Of a stretch of 64,000 bases of DNA, positions 49,939 to 57,485 are shown piece after piece. The notes below the pieces were generated by a model. That model worked only from the letters and a program-made list of their open reading frames with translations, made no database searches and had not been told where the DNA came from. The stretch is from an uncultured Peptococcaceae bacterium (GTDB lineage: Bacteria; Bacillota; Peptococcia; Peptococcales; Peptococcaceae), in NCBI GenBank assembly GCA_910585405.1, contig CAJUDO010000012.1, positions 16,105-80,104 of the forward strand, read 5' to 3'. Both the position numbers and the translations under genes were made by a program. The stretch's first letter is position 1. Each line of letters begins with the position of its first letter.

Positions 49939-50148
49939 ATGAACTGGAAGAAACTATTTGCACCGTATATTGAGGAAAGCATGTCCTTTTATGCAGGCGG
50001 TAGGAAAGATTATCAGCATTGGGTATCCTTGCTTCGCAGAATGAAAAAAATAGAGGGCGGCTCTCAGATGGTGGATGAGATTGTAGCAGGATGGAAGGTG
50101 CGGTATAAAAACAGACCGGCGATGATGGATGAACTGAGCCGACTATAA
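49939..50148 (+). CDS. Hypothetical 69-aa protein
   Basis: AAGGAG RBS. No motif recognised. Confidence 0.5.
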   Translation: MNWKKLFAPYIEESMSFYAGGRKDYQHWVSLLRRMKKIEGGSQMVDEIVAGWKVRYKNRPAMMDELSRL

Positions 50149-50355
50149 TGCGTTGTAATGCACAACTTTTTTAATGTTATTTTTCGGTAGTTTTGCTTGC
50201 TATGCCATCATAAAGAGAGCAAAATACAGTTTTCTGCATTTTACTCTCTTTACTATTTATCTTTTTTTAACTTAATGACATTAGTTTAGGGTAGTGCTAC
50301 CGTTATTGTAAGTGATGAAACATTCAAGAAACGATGTGATTCGTTATCAGATCAA

Positions 50356-51015
50356 TTAAATAATTTCGGATAAGAAATTTTTAAGGGGTAATAGTTTATT
50401 GCTATTCCAGTTAAAAGCGCCTGCTTTAGCGGCTTCGCCAATTTTTAAGGAAACATATTCATCCGTAACAGAAAAATAGGTATGCAGTTTTGTCTTAAAT
50501 TCATGCGGATAGGATCGATTATATTTATTTTCCAAGTTATTCATAAAACCTCGTATTTCATATAAAATATTGGAACTATTTTCTTCAGACAAGATAGATA
50601 GACAAAGATCTTCTAATGTTCCAACTTGAACAAATGTATCGCATGTTGGAAATAGTAAATAACCTACTTTAGGAACATGGCCATACCAACAATGAGGAGT
50701 ATCTGGAATTGCAAGATTACAATTTCGTAACGTTGATTTAATATCAGCTATAGCTTTCTTAGAATCTCTTTCGGCATCTCGAATGATTAACAATGATTCA
50801 ACTCGATCAAAACCTTCCATATTCTGTAATGTGCGAATGAAATTAGTTAGGTCTGTTATTCCGCCAAAATCCATAACCTGAAAATCGTTAGAGAATGCAG
50901 ATACATTGGAAAGTGCATCGCTGTTTAGGTAAGTGATGAGTACTTCTTCCGCATCACGCCCTTCACATAAAATAAGGTGTTTCTTTCTGATACTGTTGTT
51001 TGTTTTGCGTGCCAT
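50356..51015 (-). CDS. Toprim-like small protein (DUF4435/DUF3226/RloB class), partner of the ATPase
   Basis: ILCEGRDAE (Toprim-like Glu) and LLIIRDAERD (acidic cluster). Start abuts the ATPase stop (TAAATG). Confidence 0.55.
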   Translation of the reverse strand: MARKTNNSIRKKHLILCEGRDAEEVLITYLNSDALSNVSAFSNDFQVMDFGGITDLTNFIRTLQNMEGFDRVESLLIIRDAERDSKKAIADIKSTLRNCNLAIPDTPHCWYGHVPKVGYLLFPTCDTFVQVGTLEDLCLSILSEENSSNILYEIRGFMNNLENKYNRSYPHEFKTKLHTYFSVTDEYVSLKIGEAAKAGAFNWNSNKLLPLKNFLSEII

Positions 51016-52086
51016 TTACCGAACCTCCATACTGAAATTAATGGCGGAACGCACTAAATCGCCAGAATATCTGAAAGCTTTATTTTCTCCATCTGCCCGC
51101 TCGATTCGATAATAGCAAAACGCATTCTGCATATTTGCCGTTTCAATGCCATCAATCGCTCCATTTATACATTCATAACTGTGAGTAGTTGCTATAATTT
51201 GACAATTATTTTTCTGCGCAACAATAGAAATAATTTCCCACAATTTAGCATACATAGAAAAATGAAAACCAGTTTCAATTTCATCAATTAGGATTACTGA
51301 ATTTGGGTTTGCAATAATAGACAGAACAATGAATAGCAGTTTGTTAATGCCATCACCAGCCAGCTTGAGCGGCAATAACTTTTCCCCCATTTTTGCATAA
51401 AGCTGAATTTGACCTTGAAACGCAATTGTTGATATATCACATATAGATGCATCAATAATTCTTAATACATCAATTACCTGTTGTTTTTTGCCTTCTATTT
51501 CCAATTTACCAAACCACTCGGTAATTACACTATCATTATTTATAATTGAAGCGTTAATATATTGCGTAAACGGCATAGGAAGCAGTTGGTTATTGTCACT
51601 ACTGGTATGAACATTTCGCAACACACCAGAAGAACTTACAACAAAATGACCATCTTCGGTGTAATCACCATGTGAGAAATGAAACTTCAATGTATATGTT
51701 GACTTAGCTGAAGAAATAAATTGATTGAAAACATCTTGGGGAGCGCCAGCAGCATCAGATGGGACAAAAGAATCGTCTCGGGAGTATGTCAGAACTGTTT
51801 CCACATCGTCTAGTTGCATAGAAATACGCAATGTTTCTTTCGTATTCAAATCATAAAACATTGGTGCCCATAGGACAGATGGATCCGTAGACATAGATAA
51901 TCCGCGAAATCTATTGATTTTTACAAAAGACTCTGGCGCAATATGATCAATTGCCAGGAAGATTCCTTCCAAAATCGAGCTCTTACCTGCATTATTTTTT
52001 CCAGATATTAGAGTAACTTGACCAAGTTCTGGAAGATGAATTTTTTTTAATCCACGAAAGTTTTCAAAAGTTAGATTGTTAATCAT
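51016..52086 (-). CDS. ABC/SMC-fold AAA ATPase (AAA_21/AAA_15-like)
   Basis: MINNLTFENFRG...GKNNAGKSS Walker A, Walker B VILIDEIETGFH, H-loop ATTHS. AGGAGG RBS before the ATG at 52086. Confidence 0.8.
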   Translation of the reverse strand: MINNLTFENFRGLKKIHLPELGQVTLISGKNNAGKSSILEGIFLAIDHIAPESFVKINRFRGLSMSTDPSVLWAPMFYDLNTKETLRISMQLDDVETVLTYSRDDSFVPSDAAGAPQDVFNQFISSAKSTYTLKFHFSHGDYTEDGHFVVSSSGVLRNVHTSSDNNQLLPMPFTQYINASIINNDSVITEWFGKLEIEGKKQQVIDVLRIIDASICDISTIAFQGQIQLYAKMGEKLLPLKLAGDGINKLLFIVLSIIANPNSVILIDEIETGFHFSMYAKLWEIISIVAQKNNCQIIATTHSYECINGAIDGIETANMQNAFCYYRIERADGENKAFRYSGDLVRSAINFSMEVR

Positions 52087-52344
52087 GGGATAGCCTCCTA
52101 AATCACGATTATTGAAAACATTTTTATTATACCCTATATAAAAAGAAATTACCAGAAAAAACTGTAAACGACAGGGAAAAGAGTAGGAAGTAAACATTGT
52201 GGCTTCTCCAGCCTTATTGGAAACATTGATGTTATATATTCGAGAAAGGCTAAATCGGAATTGTGAAATAGGCGTCCGGGAGAAGAGAAACAGGCATCTC
52301 TCGGACTTTGGCATTGTTCCGATAAAAATATTATTCTGATTCCG

Positions 52345-52480
52345 TTGCCATTGTTCCGATAATTGGGTATACTACTATTTGAAATAAGATATGGATTTAT
52401 CTGCCATGGCATTGAATGGCGCATAGTTTGAAGGAGATTACCCTGTCAGCTTTTCGCAAAAGCGGACGGGGTAGTTTTTT
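52345..52480 (+). ncRNA. Candidate ~100-nt sRNA bracketed by a near-consensus promoter and a strong terminator
   Basis: TTGCCA (52345-50), 17 nt, TATACT (52368-73). A 14-bp stem at 52441-52471 followed by T6. Divergent from the ATPase gene. Confidence 0.4.
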
Positions 52481-52759
52481 GCCTTCATGGGGTTGATGAT
52501 ACTGCCAAACAAAAAGGTTTTGCGGTGAAAGAAAGTTTAAAGAAAATGTTAAAATTTTGTACCCGAAAATCGAAGCATCATATAAAAAATATTCTTATAG
52601 AAAAAAACAAAAAAACACAGAAAATACTGGTAAAACATAGTAGATATATGTTTTTTTTAGTACAAACAGCAGAAAAATTGTCTTTGCACTTTTTCAGTGT
52701 AAAGAAAGTGTAAAAGTCCTAAAAGTTATAAATTTTCGAGGGGCTTTTTTTGTACCCTT

Positions 52760-52811
52760 AAATGCACATATATAGTGATATTCATTCAAATATCACTATA
52801 TATGTGCATTT
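52760..52811. repeat. Perfect 21-bp inverted repeat with a 10-nt loop
   Basis: AAATGCACATATATAGTGATA (52760-80) and TATCACTATATATGTGCATTT (52791-811), nested inside a 16-bp outer inverted repeat (52721-36 / 52824-39). Confidence 0.85.
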
Positions 52812-52879
52812 TCATTTTGTTTAAAAATTTATAACTTTTTAGACGCTGCTGCGAAAAAAATATTTGGAGGTGAGAGGAC

Positions 52880-53347
52880 GTGACAGGTGCTTCATCGCAA
52901 ACACCGCCAAAGTGTGGGAACAGTGCGGTCATCCGTATGGACAGCTATGAGGACAAGAATCCTCAAGGCACCCTTTATCTGCTCCACACCCAGGAAGAGA
53001 TTGCCTTTACCAATCTGTTTGAACTGTTAGAGCAGTTGGACCGTTTAGCGCAGTGCAGCGAGAGCAGGGCATCCTGCAATCCAGGCATGCAGCGGGTCGT
53101 TACAGGAAAACGAGAGGATGTTGCCTTGCGGTCGACGCCGGAGATACAGGGCGACATTGCAACATTTCAGATAAAAATATTTTTCTGTGCCAATGCCACC
53201 TGGCAGGGCAGCCTGGGCTGGAAAGAGGGCAAACAGAAGCTGCGTTTTCGCAGCGCGTTGGAATTTGTAAAGTTATTGGACAGCGCGTTACCCCAACCGC
53301 CGCTGCAAAAAGGCGAATTGTGCTGTGAAGCGGCTCATGCAGGATAA
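52880..53347 (+). CDS. Hypothetical 155-aa cytoplasmic protein, first gene of the SipW cluster
   Basis: GTG start with a GGAGGTG RBS. No signal peptide. C-terminal block ATFQIKIFFCANATWQGSLGW...FRSALEFVKLLDSAL. Confidence 0.55.
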   Translation: MTGASSQTPPKCGNSAVIRMDSYEDKNPQGTLYLLHTQEEIAFTNLFELLEQLDRLAQCSESRASCNPGMQRVVTGKREDVALRSTPEIQGDIATFQIKIFFCANATWQGSLGWKEGKQKLRFRSALEFVKLLDSALPQPPLQKGELCCEAAHAG

Positions 53348-53373
53348 ACGTGCTGGGCAATCGATAAAATTTT

Positions 53374-53943
53374 ATGGATACTGTGAAGAAAATTTGGAAT
53401 AGCGCCACAACAGTGCTGGTGGCAGTCGTGGTCATCCTGGCCCTATTGCTGGCAGGACCGCGACTGATGGGCATGCAGGTATTTACCGTGTTGTCAGGCT
53501 CCATGGAGCCGGTGTATCACACCGGGTCGCTTATCTATGTGCGGGACGTGGACCCCATGGAGATCGAGCTGGGACAGGTGATTACTTTTATGCTGGATGA
53601 GGACACTGTGGCCACCCATCGGGTGGTGGAAGTGGTACCCGATGAGACAGACCATTCCGTGGTGCGGTTTCGCACCAAAGGGGACGCCAACGACGCCGAG
53701 GACGGCGGCTTGGTGCATTGCAACAATGTGCTGGGTACGCCGGTGTTCACCATTCCCCAGCTGGGCTATCTGGCCAATTATATTCAGAAGCCGCCGGGCA
53801 TGTACCTGGCCATCTCCGCCGGAGCGCTGCTTTTGATGCTGGTGTTCCTGCCCGATTTGTTCGGCAGCGACGAACCGGAAGAAAAGAAGAAGCGCAGGAA
53901 AAACAAGGGGAAAAGGGCGGAGAAACCACAACAGGAGGAATAA
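53374..53943 (+). CDS. sipW: SipW-type (ER/archaeal-type) signal peptidase I
   Basis: N-terminal TM, catalytic LSGSMEP, ATHRVV, KGDANDAEDG. C-terminal TM and a K/R/E-rich tail. Confidence 0.85.
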   Translation: MDTVKKIWNSATTVLVAVVVILALLLAGPRLMGMQVFTVLSGSMEPVYHTGSLIYVRDVDPMEIELGQVITFMLDEDTVATHRVVEVVPDETDHSVVRFRTKGDANDAEDGGLVHCNNVLGTPVFTIPQLGYLANYIQKPPGMYLAISAGALLLMLVFLPDLFGSDEPEEKKKRRKNKGKRAEKPQQEE

Positions 53944-53995
53944 GCCGCAAGGCTTCCTAAAATATGAAATTTAATTTTATTTAGAGGGGGATTTT

Positions 53996-54595
53996 ATGAT
54001 GAAATCTGTAAAGAAAGCAATCGTTGCCGCTTTATGTGCCGGCACACTAGTAGTAGGTTCCGTAGCAGGAACCATGGCGTATTTGACAAGCGAGGATAAA
54101 GTAGAGAACACATTTACAGTGGGAAATGTGGCTATTACATTGGACGAAACCGATGTAGATAACAGCACACAAGACAGCGAGCGTGACCGAGCAAATACTT
54201 ATAAATTGATGCCAGGCCACACCTATATCAAAGACCCAATTGTTCATGTAGATAAAGATAGTGAAGATTGCTATTTGTTTGTGAAAGTAGATAATGAAAT
54301 TACCGCTATTGAAGGTGACACTACTGTTGCTGTTCAGATGGCTGCAAAGGATTGGGTAGCTGTTGATGGTGTAGACGACATCTATGTTTATAGTACAGGT
54401 GATACTCCTACTGCTGTTACTGCTGATGAGAATAAGATCGTATTTGAAAACTTCACAATCGCTGGAACAGTAGATAACGATAAATTAGCAAATTATGCAA
54501 ATAAAACAATTATAGTAACTGCTTATGCAATTCAGGCTAATGGCTTTGAAGGTAAAACTGCTTCCGAAATCTGGAACGCAGCTAACTTTAAATAA
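53996..54595 (+). CDS. TasA/BsaA/camelysin-like subunit with SipW-cognate signal peptide (1)
   Basis: N-terminus KKAIVAALCAGTLVVGSVAGTMAYLTSED...NTFTVGNV. Shares MPGHT..KDP..V...SEDCYLFVKV with its paralogues. Confidence 0.8.
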   Translation: MMKSVKKAIVAALCAGTLVVGSVAGTMAYLTSEDKVENTFTVGNVAITLDETDVDNSTQDSERDRANTYKLMPGHTYIKDPIVHVDKDSEDCYLFVKVDNEITAIEGDTTVAVQMAAKDWVAVDGVDDIYVYSTGDTPTAVTADENKIVFENFTIAGTVDNDKLANYANKTIIVTAYAIQANGFEGKTASEIWNAANFK

Positions 54596-54645
54596 TCGCA
54601 ATCTTCTAACGATTTAGCTCATTTCGCGAGAAAGGAGGAAATTGC

Positions 54646-55230
54646 GTGAAAACGATGAAAAAAACGATTGCCTTGCTGGTGGCAGTATCCATGATTGTCG
54701 GCTGTGCCATCGGCGGCACGCTGGCGTGGCTGACCCATTCAACTGGTCCTGTGACGAATACCTTTACGACCAGTGATATTGAGGTAACATTGGAAGAAAC
54801 AACGGGCGATACGTACAAGATGATTCCTGGCTATACCATTACAAAAGACCCGAAGGTGACTGTGACCACTGGCTCTGAGGAATGCTATTTGTTCGTTAAA
54901 ATGGAAAAGTCTAATAATTTTGATATTTTTATGACTTATGAGATAGCAGAAGGTTGGACTGCCTTGAATGGTATTGCTGGTGTGTATTATCGTGTGATTA
55001 AAACTGCAGATATGGACAGACCGCACAACATTTTGAAGGATGATCAGGTTGCTGTCGAGGATACTGTCACAAAAGCCATGATGGATGGCTTGACGAGTGA
55101 AACCTATCCGACCTTGACTGTTACTGCATATGCATCACAATTGTACAAGAATAATACGGAAACATTCGCCGCAACAGAGGCATGGGAAAATGTTCCGGCT
55201 AATTCGAGTACACAAACAGACGGAGAGTAA
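54646..55230 (+). CDS. TasA/BsaA/camelysin-like subunit with SipW-cognate signal peptide (2)
   Basis: GGTLAWLTHST..NTFTTSD, MIPGYTITKDPKVTV..SEECYLFVKM. GTG start with a GGAGG RBS. Confidence 0.8.
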   Translation: MKTMKKTIALLVAVSMIVGCAIGGTLAWLTHSTGPVTNTFTTSDIEVTLEETTGDTYKMIPGYTITKDPKVTVTTGSEECYLFVKMEKSNNFDIFMTYEIAEGWTALNGIAGVYYRVIKTADMDRPHNILKDDQVAVEDTVTKAMMDGLTSETYPTLTVTAYASQLYKNNTETFAATEAWENVPANSSTQTDGE

Positions 55231-55278
55231 CGCTTAAATAAAAAAACTCAGATAAAAATTAATAAGGAGAGATTGATT

Positions 55279-56016
55279 ATGAAAAAGAAATTGGTAACTG
55301 GCGCATTAATTGCAGCCTTTGGCGCAGTAGCCATCACCGGCGGTACCTTAGCTTATTTTACAGATACCGATGCAAAAACAAATACCTTTACCGTTGGGAA
55401 TGTTGCTATCGACTTAATTGAAAATTTTGGAGATAACGATCCAACTACACCAGAAAAATTGTTGCCTGCTACCGGTTCTGCACAAGCTGGTACTTTGCAG
55501 AATGGCATCACCAAAGAAGTTAGTGTAAAAAACACAGGTTCTGAAGATGCTTATGTTCGTGTACACATTGCAATTCCTAGTATGTTAGACAATGGAAATC
55601 CAGAGTTTGATGCAGGGAAAAATGCTTTGCATTTCAACTATACAAATGATTCTATTGGAGCAGGCAAATGGGACTGGTCTACGACAGCAGGAGCACCGTA
55701 CCAAGGTAATTGGAACTATTATGAAACAACGATTGATGAAATTGGCTATAATGTATACGTTGTAACTTATGGTACAGCTTTGAAACAAGGAGAAGAAACT
55801 CAAGAAAAAGCTATGCATCAAGTTTATTTAGACAAGAATACATCTAATGAAGCAATTAACTCCTATGTAGAAACTTTAGGAGAAAACTGGCAGATTAAAG
55901 TGCTGGCAGAAGGTGTACAGGCAGCTGGTTTTGATGATGCTTATACAGCATTAAATACTGCTTTTGGTGTACCTGGTGAGTATACTGTTGACTGGAGTGG
56001 AGCTACTGCACAGTAA
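55279..56016 (+). CDS. TasA/BsaA/camelysin-like subunit with SipW-cognate signal peptide (3)
   Basis: GGTLAYFTDTDAKTNTFTVGNV. SEDAYVRVHI block. Confidence 0.8.
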   Translation: MKKKLVTGALIAAFGAVAITGGTLAYFTDTDAKTNTFTVGNVAIDLIENFGDNDPTTPEKLLPATGSAQAGTLQNGITKEVSVKNTGSEDAYVRVHIAIPSMLDNGNPEFDAGKNALHFNYTNDSIGAGKWDWSTTAGAPYQGNWNYYETTIDEIGYNVYVVTYGTALKQGEETQEKAMHQVYLDKNTSNEAINSYVETLGENWQIKVLAEGVQAAGFDDAYTALNTAFGVPGEYTVDWSGATAQ

Positions 56017-56175
56017 TTTCCCCAATTAATTTATTTCTACGCTCTGCCCGATTTGGGCAGGGTGTAGAAGAGCACCTGAAGGGGCGCGGATGTTCTTCTG
56101 CACCCTGCACTATGCGGGGGCGGCTAAAAATGTTTCAAAAAGAGAGAAGATAGCATAAAAGGAGGATGAGGGAAC

Positions 56176-56724
56176 ATGATAAAAAAGAGACTGTTCAGTC
56201 TGGCGGTCATCGTGATCTGCCTGTCCATTGCGGGCGCGGGTACGTTGGCCTATTTCAGCGACCGGACGGTAGCCCACAATGTCATCACCTCCGGCAACAT
56301 CAAGATTGATTTGCTGGAAACCAAAGCCGACGGCAGCACCTTTGAGAATGTGATTGGCGTGATGCCCGGCACATCGGTGGAAAAGGTGGTACAGGTAAAA
56401 AATATTGGGGACAATGATGCCTGGATTCGTGTGCGGGTGGACAAAGAACTCACCAAAGCAAACGGGCAAGCCGGTGATGCGGATCTGCTGGGGATTAATT
56501 TTGATTCCCGGAACTGGATTGCACAGGACGGCTACTACTATTACGATAAGACCTTGAAATCCGGGGACGTGACAGAACCGTTGTTTGAAAGTGTGCAATT
56601 TAATGCATCTATGGGAAACGACTATCAGAATAGCACGGCCCAGGTGTACGTATTTGCGCAGGCAACCCAGACGGCCAACAACGGAGAAGCCGTACTGGAA
56701 GCCAATGGCTGGCCGGAAGACTGA
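56176..56724 (+). CDS. TasA/BsaA/camelysin-like subunit with SipW-cognate signal peptide (4)
   Basis: AGTLAYFSDRT, MPGTSVEKVVQVKNIGDNDAWIRVRV. Confidence 0.8.
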   Translation: MIKKRLFSLAVIVICLSIAGAGTLAYFSDRTVAHNVITSGNIKIDLLETKADGSTFENVIGVMPGTSVEKVVQVKNIGDNDAWIRVRVDKELTKANGQAGDADLLGINFDSRNWIAQDGYYYYDKTLKSGDVTEPLFESVQFNASMGNDYQNSTAQVYVFAQATQTANNGEAVLEANGWPED

Positions 56725-56756
56725 GCCGATAGACCAATAGAGGAGGATGACAGAAC

Positions 56757-57470
56757 ATGAAAGGTATATTAGGAAAGAATAAATGGATTGCAGTACTGCT
56801 GTGCATTACGATGCTGTTGTGTATCTCTCCGCTGAGTCCCCTTGTTGCCTTTGGGGAAGACGGTGACGCTGGAGTTTCCGACAGTGTAGAAGATGGCGCT
56901 GGGGATGCATCCACAGAGGATGGCAGCATTGCCGGTGACGACGGAGAAGAAACTTCCGACGGTGAGGAAACGACAGAAGGTACCGGCGATGGCACAGAAG
57001 AAACTCCCGACGGAGCAGAGAACCAACCTGCTGACGGCGAACAGCAGGAAGGTACAGAAGGCAATCAGCCCGCCGATGGGGAACAGGAAGAAGAAATTGC
57101 CGATGAAAATGTACCCAAAACCGAAGTTCCGGCAGTATCTGGACATATGGACGGCTGCTCCGACGAATGTACCGGTGAAGGATGCACTTGTCCTTGCCAT
57201 TTGTATCAGCGTTTGATGGCGTGTGAAACCTTTGAAGAATTGATGATGCTCATCGAAGCCACACCTGAGGAAGCATTGCTGGCACTGACTGAGGATGAAG
57301 TGATGCAGATTGAGGCGAAAATTGCCGAATTGGAGCCGGAACCGCTGCCCCCGGTGGTGGAGGAAGATTCTGATATTATGACAACGGATGAACCGGTGGA
57401 GAGCGAGATTATTTATCCCACAGTAAATTTCACCAATGTAGCGCCCTTTGGTGATCCGGTTGTCGGATAA
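56757..57470 (+). CDS. Secreted, highly acidic low-complexity protein with a Cys-rich motif
   Basis: Sec signal peptide ...LVAFG-ED. D/E/G/T-rich with tandem GNQPADGEQ. CSDECTGEGCTCPCH. Confidence 0.7.
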   Translation: MKGILGKNKWIAVLLCITMLLCISPLSPLVAFGEDGDAGVSDSVEDGAGDASTEDGSIAGDDGEETSDGEETTEGTGDGTEETPDGAENQPADGEQQEGTEGNQPADGEQEEEIADENVPKTEVPAVSGHMDGCSDECTGEGCTCPCHLYQRLMACETFEELMMLIEATPEEALLALTEDEVMQIEAKIAELEPEPLPPVVEEDSDIMTTDEPVESEIIYPTVNFTNVAPFGDPVVG

Positions 57471-57485
57471 GGAAGGAGGCAGAGT

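Noticed and set aside
47222-49982. Overlapping ORFs of up to 190 aa inside sbcC.
   Set aside because: Same cause: coiled-coil Q/E/L-rich coding sequence. SbcC motifs are continuous in the + frame.
51016-52314. 432-aa version of the ATPase ORF, with 76 extra N-terminal residues.
   Set aside because: The conserved ATPase N-terminus (MINNLTFENFRG) begins at the ATG at 52086, directly behind an AGGAGG RBS. The upstream extension is AT-rich junk-like sequence.
52525-52713. 62-aa Lys-rich ORF between the candidate sRNA and the palindrome.
   Set aside because: Very AT-rich, low-complexity basic translation with a GTG start and no RBS. It cannot be excluded, because the inner palindrome could be its terminator, but it is not supportable from sequence alone.
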